43,161 bases of DNA, from NCBI GenBank assembly GCA_028287625.1, contig JAQBPH010000285.1, positions 1 through 43,161 of the forward strand, written 5' to 3'. The notes beneath the pieces were generated by a model. That model did not search any database and had not been told where the DNA came from. It was given only the letters and a program-made list of their open reading frames with translations. The position numbers and the translations under genes are program-made. This document shows, one piece after another, positions 23,512-31,485 of this stretch. Source of the DNA: Chloroflexota bacterium. Lineage in GTDB: Bacteria > Chloroflexota > Dormibacteria > Aeolococcales > Aeolococcaceae. Position 1 is the stretch's first letter. The number at the start of each line of letters is the position of its first letter.

Positions 23512-25086
23512 ATGCGCAGCGCGCGCAGGAGCAGGAGCATGAGCAGCACACGGAAGTGGTTGCGCATCGCGCTGGTGGGCGGCCTTGGTGCCGTTGGACT
23601 GGCGCTGGCACTCCAGCTCGCCGCCCCCCACCGGGTGCAGGCGCACGCCCGACTGACGGGCGTGCAGCCTGCCCCCAACTCGACCGTGCCAGGACCCCTG
23701 AAGCAGGTGCTGGTCCAGTACAACGAGCCCGTCGACAAGGACCTGTTCCGCGCCGAGGTGGACGCGAAGGAGGGGTCGGCGTTGGCGGGAAAGCCCGTCT
23801 TCGTCGACCCCAGGACGGTCTCGCTCCCGCTGCGCAGCGGCGTGTCGGGGGCACTGGTGGTCACCTGGCTGGCGGTGGGCCTCGATGCGCATCCGGTCCA
23901 GGGGCAGTTCCTGCTCGGTGTCAGTGCCCCGGGTGGGGCGGCGGCACTCCAGAAGGACCTCACATCGGCGGCGTCGCACCTCGGCGATTTCGAGAGCGGT
24001 GCCGGCAGCGGGGGTCTGCTCGCCGCCATCGAGGCGGGGAGGGCGGTGGAGATCGGCCTGCTCTACCTGACCCTTGGCATCGTGGCGCTCGGAATCCTGA
24101 CACTGGGGCCGCGCCGCCGCGCCAGGGGCGCCCCGTCCGGTGCGATGAGGATGGCCAGCGTGGGTGCCATGAGCATCGTGGTCCCCACGGTGCATCGAGG
24201 GTACCGAGCCCTGCTGGCCGCGAGCGTGGGCTCGGCGCTGCTGATGCCCCTCCTCTTCGCCCTGTATGCAAGCCGGCTCACGCAGGTGATCTCCGGAATC
24301 GGCGTCGGGCGCGTCATGTTCTCGTCGATCGGGGTGCAGTGGACGGTCAAGCTGGTTCTCTGGGCAGCCCTGGCTGCGGTGGTGACCGTGGGGATCCGAC
24401 ACACAGCGCAGGGGCGGCAGCTGGACCGCCGGCTCATCCTGGCCCCGGTGGTGCTCGCGCTGGCGCTGGCCGGGGCCTTCGTCAGCGGGACCCACGTCGG
24501 CACCGGGAGCGCCGACCCGAGCCTGCTGTACATCCCCGTGATGGCCGGCCACATCCTGCTGACCGCATTCTGGGCGGGCGGGCTGTTCGCCCTGCTGGTG
24601 CTGGTCTTCCCGATGGGTGACGCCACGTACGTCTGGGCGGTGATCGGTCGCTTCTCCCGGGTCATGACCGTGACCGCGGGAATCATGGTGGCGAGCGGGG
24701 TGGTTGTCCTGGTGAGGCTGCTGGCGAACTTCAACGCGCTCTGGTGTACCGGCTACGGGGTGACGGCGGGCTTCAAGGTGCTGATCGTGACCCTGGCCCT
24801 GAGCGTTGGGCTCGTGAACAACCGGCTCGTGGCTGCTCACCGGAACTACGAGGCACTCCCCGCCGTGACCCGCCAGCGGCTGCGGCGAGGCGGACCGTCG
24901 CTGGTGCTGATGCGGCGTGTCGTCCTCTGCGAGGCAGCCCTGCTCCTCGGCGTCCTCGTGCTGGCGGCGGTCCTCGGGGAGTCTCAGCTGCCGCCGCTGT
25001 TGAGAAACGTCTACCTCCCCGGCGAGGGGCAGGACGCCGGGTATGTCACAACCTCCGGGCTGTTCGGATCAGGCTGCATCAGGTAG
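23512..25086 (+). CDS. CopC-CopD fusion protein (YcnJ-like copper-handling membrane protein)
   Basis: GGAGGAGG lies 6 nt upstream of the ATG. The signal peptide ends VQA/HARLTGVQPAPNSTV, the CopC N-terminal His start, followed by an Ig-like domain. About eight TM helices follow, with CopD-like HILLTAFWAGGLFALLV and FSRVMTVTAGIMVASGVV. Confidence 0.85.
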   Translation: MRSARRSRSMSSTRKWLRIALVGGLGAVGLALALQLAAPHRVQAHARLTGVQPAPNSTVPGPLKQVLVQYNEPVDKDLFRAEVDAKEGSALAGKPVFVDPRTVSLPLRSGVSGALVVTWLAVGLDAHPVQGQFLLGVSAPGGAAALQKDLTSAASHLGDFESGAGSGGLLAAIEAGRAVEIGLLYLTLGIVALGILTLGPRRRARGAPSGAMRMASVGAMSIVVPTVHRGYRALLAASVGSALLMPLLFALYASRLTQVISGIGVGRVMFSSIGVQWTVKLVLWAALAAVVTVGIRHTAQGRQLDRRLILAPVVLALALAGAFVSGTHVGTGSADPSLLYIPVMAGHILLTAFWAGGLFALLVLVFPMGDATYVWAVIGRFSRVMTVTAGIMVASGVVVLVRLLANFNALWCTGYGVTAGFKVLIVTLALSVGLVNNRLVAAHRNYEALPAVTRQRLRRGGPSLVLMRRVVLCEAALLLGVLVLAAVLGESQLPPLLRNVYLPGEGQDAGYVTTSGLFGSGCIR

Positions 25087-25095
25087 GCGACGAGG

Positions 25096-26265
25096 ATGGC
25101 GAGGAAAGGCTCCGGTTGGAAGCGCCGGGACAGGCAGAGGGAGAGGCAGGGGGCGCCTCCAGCACCGCCCTCGACGGCAGAGGCAGCAGCGCCCGAGCGC
25201 CGCCATCGCCGGAGCGCGGTGGCGGCTGCGATCGCAGGAGCCCTCGCGGTGGTGGGCCTGAGCGTCGTCCTCATCGTGCGCGGGACCACCCGCCAGGACG
25301 CGGTCCCCGGATCGCCAGGCGCTGCGTCGGCGGGCTCGTATCGCGTCGTCTACCGGGTGGACGACAGCGTGGACTCGCAGTCCCAGGCCCAGACGGAGAC
25401 CGATGTCCTCGACGTGGAGCGACCCGATCATCTGCGCCTCGAGCATCGTGAGGGCCCGCCCCCCGGTGGCCGTCTGCTCGGGGGCAGCGTGGTGAACCGG
25501 CAGGACAGCATGAACCTGCCCGACGATTACGCGGTATCGGCGACACCCCGGACCATCCCCAACGAGCTGCAGATCTACTCGGAGCCGGTCCTGCGGGCCG
25601 CGGTCCAGGCGGGAAAGGCGGAGAGCCTGGGGACGGCGACGGTGATCGGCCGCCAGTGTATCCGGTATCTGTATCGGAACTTCGGGAACGAGGCCCTGAG
25701 CAGGGGGAGTGACCAGGACCATGTGGAGACCTGCGTCACCACGGACGGCGTCATGCTTCGCGAGGCGATCACCGCCGGCGGCCGCCAGGTGCGCCTGCTG
25801 CAGGCGGTCGACCTCGATCGGGCACCGCACTTCGCATCGGACACCTTCCTCTCGACGGACAAGAAACCGAACCCTCTCGCCGACACCGAACAGGTCACCG
25901 AGGGGCCACCAGACAGTGAGGCCAAGGTCGTGCGCGGGCCGGCACCCACAGGATTGCAGATGGACTGGAACGTGACCGAGGTCCTTCGAGACAGCGGGCA
26001 GGGCCTGGCGCTGCCCTTCTACATGGAGCGCTTCACCAACGGTGCAGACTTCGTGGTCACTGAGCAGTCTCTCCATGGTGTGGCCGAGGTGCCCTGGACC
26101 ACGACCGGCGGAGACGAGGTGGACCTGGGTGGCGGCAGAAGGGGCAGGCTCCTCTATCACACCGGCTACGTCGAGGTGCAGACCGCCGTCTCCAATTCCG
26201 CGGTCCGTGTCCTCGCCTCTCGTCCGGACCTGGCTCTCTACGAGGCCGAGAGGCTTCACACGTAG
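25096..26265 (+). CDS. hypothetical membrane-anchored protein, paralog 1 (389 aa)
   Basis: It starts 9 nt after the CopCD stop. It has a basic N-terminus, the TM helix AVAAAIAGALAVVGLSVVLIV and an extracytoplasmic domain. It aligns with the next gene (YRVVYRV..TETDVL[DE]VERPD[HR]LRLEHREG.PPGGRLL.GS.VN ... GKAESLG ... LYHTGYVEVQT...VRVLASR..LAL.EAERL.T). Confidence 0.7.
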   Translation: MARKGSGWKRRDRQRERQGAPPAPPSTAEAAAPERRHRRSAVAAAIAGALAVVGLSVVLIVRGTTRQDAVPGSPGAASAGSYRVVYRVDDSVDSQSQAQTETDVLDVERPDHLRLEHREGPPPGGRLLGGSVVNRQDSMNLPDDYAVSATPRTIPNELQIYSEPVLRAAVQAGKAESLGTATVIGRQCIRYLYRNFGNEALSRGSDQDHVETCVTTDGVMLREAITAGGRQVRLLQAVDLDRAPHFASDTFLSTDKKPNPLADTEQVTEGPPDSEAKVVRGPAPTGLQMDWNVTEVLRDSGQGLALPFYMERFTNGADFVVTEQSLHGVAEVPWTTTGGDEVDLGGGRRGRLLYHTGYVEVQTAVSNSAVRVLASRPDLALYEAERLHT

Positions 26266-26313
26266 TCAGAGCATCGCGCGGTCCGCAGAAGGTGTCGCTG
26301 AGGAGTGGACAGA

Positions 26314-27288
26314 GTGCCCCCTGCTGATGGACATCCACGCCGGAACATCGGTGCCATCCTCTGCGTTCTCATCACCGCGAGCGGCCTGTGCCTCGCGGTC
26401 TTCCTTCTCCTCATCCGCCAGGGTGAGGAGGACCCGGAGCGACCGGCGGTGACTCCGGCGCCGGCGTATCGCGTCGTCTACCGCGTGGTCGACAGGGTGA
26501 GCGTTGATCAGCGGGTGCGGGGCACCACCGAGACGGACGTCCTGGAGGTGGAACGACCGGACCGGCTCCGTCTCGAGCACCGTGAGGGTCTGCCTCCGGG
26601 TGGGCGCCTGCTCGAGGGGAGCATCGTGAACGGGCGGTTCACCATGACCTTCCCCGACGAGGTCGCGCACGCCTTCTCCCCTCTGACGGTGCTCTCGGAG
26701 CCGAGGCTGTTCTCGGAGCCGGCGCTCCGCGCAGCGGCCGATGCGGGGAAGGCGGAGAGCCTGGGCCGGAGCTCGATCATGGGGCAGCCGTGCAATCGAT
26801 ACCGCTATCGCCATTTCGGAGGCGAGAGCCTGAGCGAAGGCGACGGACAGGAGCACGTGGACACCTGTGTCACTCCCGACAGCATCATGCTGCGGGAGGC
26901 GATCGAGTTCTCCGGCCGTGAGGTTCGCGTGAGCGAGGCCGTTCAGCTGGACCGTGCGCCCCACTTCGCGCAGGACACGTTCGTCGCCACCGGTGGCCAG
27001 GGGGATTTCCATGGCCAGCTGACGTGGCCGTACTCCATCGAGAGGTTCACCAGAGGGGGAGAGTTCGTCGCGTCGGAGCAGTTCCTCGTCCGCGATGTGG
27101 CCGGACACGTCTGGGACAGCACGGGCTCCTCCCCGATCGATCTGGGGATCGTGAAGGGCAGCATTCTGTATCACACGGGGTACGTCGAGGTACAGACGAG
27201 CGTCGATGGTGCCCAGGTGCGAGTGCTCGCCTCACGACTTCAGCTGGCTCTCAACGAGGCTGAGAGGCTCTACACCCGAGGGCGGTGA
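26314..27288 (+). CDS. hypothetical membrane-anchored protein, paralog 2 (about 324 aa)
   Basis: The GTG at 26314 lies 8 nt after AGGAG; the track start GTG at 26305 is the alternative. The TM helix is IGAILCVLITASGLCLAVFLLLI. By eye it is roughly half identical to paralog 1 but lacks a ~60-aa internal segment. The 3' end overlaps the convergent gene by 38 nt. Confidence 0.7.
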   Translation: MPPADGHPRRNIGAILCVLITASGLCLAVFLLLIRQGEEDPERPAVTPAPAYRVVYRVVDRVSVDQRVRGTTETDVLEVERPDRLRLEHREGLPPGGRLLEGSIVNGRFTMTFPDEVAHAFSPLTVLSEPRLFSEPALRAAADAGKAESLGRSSIMGQPCNRYRYRHFGGESLSEGDGQEHVDTCVTPDSIMLREAIEFSGREVRVSEAVQLDRAPHFAQDTFVATGGQGDFHGQLTWPYSIERFTRGGEFVASEQFLVRDVAGHVWDSTGSSPIDLGIVKGSILYHTGYVEVQTSVDGAQVRVLASRLQLALNEAERLYTRGR

Positions 27289-28690
27289 TGACCGTCTCCG
27301 CAGCCTCCCTGGCGGCGCGTTCGTCCGACTCGAGGAGTGGGTCGATGCCGTAGCGCGCGTGGCGGTACGCCTCCGTGAGCAGGGACAGCGGTACAGCGGA
27401 ACCGTTGTCGTCGACGAGATGGGCGATGCGGTGTTCGAACTCGTCGGCGGTCTCGGCAGGATGGCGCCCCAGCTGCACCGAACGGGCGGCGCTGAGGAGA
27501 TCGCGGTAGGCGAGCCGGACAGGGGAGAGCGAGGCCGCAGCAACAGGGGGGCCGTCACCGCCGCCGGATCGCCGCCAGGCCAGCCGGCGCCGCATCTGCT
27601 CGGCCAGACGCTGCCAGCTGAACACTGAACTGAGCTCCTCGTCGACCGCCGCCGAGGGGTACCGGCGGAACCACCGGGGAGCGAGGAGTGGAGCGGCGAC
27701 GACGATGCCCAGGAGGCCGACGGCGGCCAGCACCCACGCGACCACCGGGGGATCGGTGGACAGGTCCAGCGACTGGGGAGAGGGCTGGGGCGGGGTCGTG
27801 TACCTTGGGGTGGCGGGGTGGAGATGCATCTGGTACCAGCCCGTGGGTTGCTGCGAGAAGACTCTGCGGATGGCGGCGGTGATGCCGTCGATGACGGATC
27901 CGATGGGGTTCGTCGCAGGGGCGACCGCCCACCTGATCGCCGGTGCCGCCAGGGCGCCGATCTGTACCAGCAGCAGCGCGCCGCCGGTGACGGCGAGCAT
28001 CGGGACCGCCAGGACGGCGACCCATGCGAGGCTGGGGCGCGAGGTGGCTCGGAGCAGGACCTTCCGCTCGAGGTCCCGCTCGTGGACGACGGCGAGCACC
28101 GCTGCGGCGGCGGGGCAGAAGAACACGAACAGCAGGCCGGCCGAGCCGGTGCCACGGTGCAGGGCGAGGTCATCGCTGCTGGCCATCGCGGTGAAGAGAA
28201 GAACGAAGGCCCCGAACGACAACCCCATCGACCGCATGACGTGGGCGAACGACGCGTCGACGGTGCCCAGGCCCGTGCCCCGTGCCCAGACGAGGATGGC
28301 GACGACCCACCCGAGAGCGGCCGCGGTCGAGGCGGGAGGATGACCCGCGGTCGTCCAGGGGGCGAAGGCCGCACGGCCGAATGACCCGGTGACCGCGAGC
28401 TCGCTGGTGAGACCCGCGGTGATGGCCGCGCCGACGAGCACAACCGGCGCCACGGTTGCGCTGCGGCGCCACCACGCCCATCCGTATCGGCGGCACACAC
28501 CGGATGCGCCGGCAGCGACCATGGCGGGGACCGCGAAGAGTGCGTAGGGGATGTCGACTCCGAAGCTCGGCGAGGCATTGGCAACGACCGCCATCCACAG
28601 GAAGATCCAGGTCATCTCCGCCGCCGCCCAGAGGACCGGGACGGCGACGCTAGACAGCCAGTTCCAGGCTGGTCCTGCTCTTCCAGTCAT
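27251..28690 (-). CDS. polytopic membrane protein with a C-terminal DUF4129-like domain
   Basis: About 479 aa from the ATG at 28690, overlapping the DUF58 stop by 41 nt; an alternative ATG lies at 28615. It has at least 8 hydrophobic helices. The C-terminal soluble domain carries ETADEFEHRIAHL...LLTEAYRHARYG, the DUF4129 signature. No transglutaminase Cys-His-Asp core is recognisable. Confidence 0.7.
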   Translation of the reverse strand: MTGRAGPAWNWLSSVAVPVLWAAAEMTWIFLWMAVVANASPSFGVDIPYALFAVPAMVAAGASGVCRRYGWAWWRRSATVAPVVLVGAAITAGLTSELAVTGSFGRAAFAPWTTAGHPPASTAAALGWVVAILVWARGTGLGTVDASFAHVMRSMGLSFGAFVLLFTAMASSDDLALHRGTGSAGLLFVFFCPAAAAVLAVVHERDLERKVLLRATSRPSLAWVAVLAVPMLAVTGGALLLVQIGALAAPAIRWAVAPATNPIGSVIDGITAAIRRVFSQQPTGWYQMHLHPATPRYTTPPQPSPQSLDLSTDPPVVAWVLAAVGLLGIVVAAPLLAPRWFRRYPSAAVDEELSSVFSWQRLAEQMRRRLAWRRSGGGDGPPVAAASLSPVRLAYRDLLSAARSVQLGRHPAETADEFEHRIAHLVDDNGSAVPLSLLTEAYRHARYGIDPLLESDERAAREAAETVITALGCRASQPR

Positions 28691-29885
28691 CGCTGAACCT
28701 CGCGAAGAGACGGGCGTCGACGGACTCAGGAGGCGGCGGAACCCCTTTGTCGGAGACCACGGTGACCGCGGTGACCGAGCGGCGGCGCCGCAGATCGTTG
28801 AGAGCGATGAGGGTCGCCTCGGGGAAGTCGGCGGCGACGACGACGACGCTCGTGCCGTGGGGCAGACCACCGGCGTGCAGGGTGATCAGCTCGGCGAGCT
28901 GGAGCGAACCGAGGGGTGAGGCCCGAGCCAGCAGCTCGAGGAGATGAGAGAGTGTGTCGGGTGAGCTCATCGGAGCGCGCGCGATGGCGTACCCGTCGAC
29001 GGTGCCGGTGGAGAACAACCCCGTGGCGATCCCTCTCCCGGTGAGCTCCGCGGCGATGGATGCGGCGACCGCGATGGTGAACTCCAGTCGGGGTCGGTCG
29101 ATGGTCCATCCTCGCAACTCGGTCACGTTGGTGTCGAGGAAGATCGCAGCCCGCAGACGGGCCGTCGGCTCGAACTTGCGAACCAGGAGATCGTTGGTCC
29201 GCGCCGTCGCCCGCCAGTGGAGATGGCGAAGGGGGTCGCCGGTTCGGTACTCGCGCACCCCGGAGAGCCTGCTCGGATCGCCGAGAAGCCTGCCGGCAGC
29301 CCGGTGCTCGCCCAGCAGCATCCGTGATGTGGCCGCGACCGGTGCGAGTGCAAAGATCTTCGGGAACACCAGCAGCTCCTGAGACTCCGATTCCCTTCTG
29401 CTGCGGCGGCGATATCCCAGAGGGTCACCCGACTCCAGCTCCGCGGGGCCGAAGGTGTGCGCCCCTCGCTCGTCACAGACGATGGTCATGCGCCCGGTGA
29501 GCCGCTGGTAGGGGAGCATGGGCACCAGGTGCGGCAGCGTGCGGACCAGGCCCGACCGCCCGGGGGCGAGCGTCCCCCCGCGGAACGTCAGCTCGCGAGG
29601 CACGATGTCCTCGATGTGAAGCCAGGGCAGCGGGAGCAGCTTGTCGTTGATCAGCTCGACCTCGAGCAGCACCTCGTCGCCGAAGAGCGCGCGTCGCTGG
29701 CTCAGTCTGCGGTGGTAGCTGACGCCGACCAGACAGTCCCTCTGCCAGAGGTACAACAGCCCGGTGGCCGCCATGCCGAGCATCCCCGCGAGTGCAAGGA
29801 GGCTCGAGCGCACCGACCACCCGGCAATGGCCAGGACCAGGGAGCAGGCAGCCAGCCACGCGTCCCTCCCCAGGCGGCGCCTCAT
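28650..29885 (-). CDS. DUF58 domain protein (MoxR-associated)
   Basis: 411 aa with two N-terminal TM helices. The hallmark GVREYRTGDPLRHLHWRATARTNDLLVRKFE is present. Its ATG overlaps the MoxR stop (ATGA). Confidence 0.9.
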   Translation of the reverse strand: MRRRLGRDAWLAACSLVLAIAGWSVRSSLLALAGMLGMAATGLLYLWQRDCLVGVSYHRRLSQRRALFGDEVLLEVELINDKLLPLPWLHIEDIVPRELTFRGGTLAPGRSGLVRTLPHLVPMLPYQRLTGRMTIVCDERGAHTFGPAELESGDPLGYRRRSRRESESQELLVFPKIFALAPVAATSRMLLGEHRAAGRLLGDPSRLSGVREYRTGDPLRHLHWRATARTNDLLVRKFEPTARLRAAIFLDTNVTELRGWTIDRPRLEFTIAVAASIAAELTGRGIATGLFSTGTVDGYAIARAPMSSPDTLSHLLELLARASPLGSLQLAELITLHAGGLPHGTSVVVVAADFPEATLIALNDLRRRRSVTAVTVVSDKGVPPPPESVDARLFARFSDDWKSRTSLELAV

Positions 29886-30889
29886 CTCATGGCCGCGGCG
29901 GTGGTCGTCGCGGTGATCTCCTCCTCGACGGGCACCGGTACTTGCCCGAGAAGCCCAGCGATCACGCCGCTCGCGGTTTCCCCGCGCAGACGGGCATGGG
30001 CCGTCAGCGTCAGGCGATGGGAGAGAACGGGGCCTGCCAGGGACTTGACGTCGTCGGGGAGTGCAAACCGCCGGCCATGCAGAAGCGCCCGGGCCTGGAT
30101 GGCGCGGTGAAGGGACAGGGCCGCTCGGGGGCTCGCTCCCAGGACCACCCGGTCGTCGTTTCGGGTGGCACGAATGACCTCGAGCAGGTAGGCTCGCACG
30201 GGAGCGCTGACCGTGACCTGGCCCCGCTGCTGCTGCCAGCTCAGAATCTCATCGGGGGTCGTCACCGGGCCCAGGCGCTCGAACGGATCGTCGTCCTCGA
30301 ACCGGGTGAGGATGGTGTTCTCCTCGTCGAGGGTGGGATATCCGATGGCCACCCGCACAAGGAAGCGGTCGAGCTGGGCCTCCGGCAGGGGATACGTTCC
30401 CTCCAGCTCGACCGGATTCTGGGTGGCGAGCACGAGGAACGGGAGGGGCAGCGCCATGGTGGCTCCGTCGACGGTCACCTGGCGCTCCTCCATCGCCTCG
30501 AGAAGGGCCGACTGAGCTCGCGGCGTGGCCCGGTTGATCTCGTCCGCCAGCAGCACCTGCGTGAATACGGGACCAGGGCGGAACTCGAAGTCGGCGATGC
30601 GCTGGTTGAACACGCTCGATCCGGTGACATCGGAGGGCAGCACGTCGGGGGTGAACTGGATCCGCCGGAACGCGCATCCCATCGCCGCCGCCAATGAGCG
30701 GGCAAGCAATGTCTTGCCCACCCCCGGAACGTCCTCGACGAGGACATGGCCGCCGCACAGCATGGCGATGAGCATCCTCTCGAGCGCCTCCTCTCTGCCG
30801 ACCACCACGGCGCTGACCGCAGCACGGACGCGCCCGACGGAATCGACGAGACTGGACAGCTCGCGTTCGGGCGTGCCTGCTGTGGTCAC
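29882..30889 (-). CDS. MoxR-family AAA+ ATPase
   Basis: Motifs: Walker A VPGVGKTLLAR, Walker B LLADEINRATPRAQSALLEAMEERQVTV and the C-terminal lid. The start is set at the GTG at 30889 (GAGGAG 8 nt upstream, 335 aa). The track start at 30979 would place a 30-nt perfect palindrome inside the coding region. Confidence 0.9.
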   Translation of the reverse strand: MTTAGTPERELSSLVDSVGRVRAAVSAVVVGREEALERMLIAMLCGGHVLVEDVPGVGKTLLARSLAAAMGCAFRRIQFTPDVLPSDVTGSSVFNQRIADFEFRPGPVFTQVLLADEINRATPRAQSALLEAMEERQVTVDGATMALPLPFLVLATQNPVELEGTYPLPEAQLDRFLVRVAIGYPTLDEENTILTRFEDDDPFERLGPVTTPDEILSWQQQRGQVTVSAPVRAYLLEVIRATRNDDRVVLGASPRAALSLHRAIQARALLHGRRFALPDDVKSLAGPVLSHRLTLTAHARLRGETASGVIAGLLGQVPVPVEEEITATTTAAAMR

Positions 30890-30960
30890 TGGCCGCACTC
30901 CTCGTACCGCCGCTGCTGTCGGAGAGACCCGCGGTGTCACCGGACCCGCGGCGGCGACCG

Positions 30961-30990
30961 GCTGTCCGGACGTGACCACGTCCGGACAGC
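30961..30990. terminator. 30-nt perfect palindrome (14-bp arms, 2-nt centre); terminator/operator between the Cys-rich gene and moxR
   Basis: GCTGTCCGGACGTG-AC-CACGTCCGGACAGC, verified base by base. It lies 50 nt downstream of the stop of the 31041-31316 gene and about 70 nt upstream of the preferred moxR start. No U-tract follows. Confidence 0.5.
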
Positions 30991-31040
30991 GCGCATCACC
31001 GCAGCTGGACCGAGGCGGCGGTACTACAGCAGGCTGGAGC

Positions 31041-31316
31041 CTACTCCTCGCACTTGCCGTTCGAGTCCTTGTGCTCGCAGCCCTTGGTGGGGCATCCGGT
31101 GAGGATCGCCACGTTGTTTCCCTGATTGATGTCGATGCCCTGCATTGCAGTCGCCAGCGGGCAGATCCCGGGAACGACCGGCTCCGCCGGGCGCACCAGC
31201 GAGTGCGCCAGGGCCACAGGAGGCGCGGAGCCCGCGACGGGGCCGGTCGCCACCAGGCCCAGTGCGGGAGCGAGAGAGGCCGCGGCCAGGCCCACGGGCA
31301 ACATCCACTTCAGCAT
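31041..31316 (-). CDS. small secreted Cys-rich protein (91 aa)
   Basis: GGAGGAG lies 8 nt upstream of the ATG. It has a signal peptide (MLKWMLPVGLAAASLAPALGLVATGPVAGSA). The mature C-terminus is ICPLATAMQGIDINQGNNVAILTGCPTKGCEHKDSNGKCEE (4 Cys, 1 His, acidic end). Confidence 0.6.
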   Translation of the reverse strand: MLKWMLPVGLAAASLAPALGLVATGPVAGSAPPVALAHSLVRPAEPVVPGICPLATAMQGIDINQGNNVAILTGCPTKGCEHKDSNGKCEE

Positions 31317-31457
31317 GTGACAACTCCTCCTGCGACCGCCGGGGATCCCACGCTCGTCCCCTCGGCCTACCTTGATGCAGCAGGATAGTCATGTCCGGTT
31401 GGAGTAGCACCTGTCCAGCCAGTCAATGCGAGGGCGCGGGTTCCGCCCCACGGACAG

Positions 31458-31485
31458 TTGACGTTTGCGCCGGTCACGTGCTAAT
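31458..31485 (+). promoter_or_regulatory. candidate sigma-70-type promoter for the second Liv unit
   Basis: TTGACG (31458-31463), a 16-nt spacer, then GCTAAT (31480-31485), about 125 nt upstream of the ATG at 31610. This is a pattern match only. Confidence 0.2.

Noticed and set aside
30890-30979. A 30-codon N-terminal extension of MoxR (the track start at 30979).
   Set aside because: It would place the start codon in the centre of a 30-nt perfect palindrome. It adds an Ala/Pro/Val-rich segment not typical of MoxR. The GTG at 30889 has a GAGGAG SD at 8 nt and gives a canonical ~335-aa protein.
31388-31396. Additional occurrences of the 9-mer GTCATGTCC (31388-31396 and 35277-35285, both intergenic) matching the reverse complement of the copy-1 core edge. 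These could be degenerate extra copies of the element.
   Set aside because: Similarity does not extend convincingly beyond about 9-16 nt (for example TCCAACCGGACATGAC versus TCCAGAAGGACATGAC). A single 9-mer match is expected by chance at roughly this window size. It is worth rechecking with a proper profile search.
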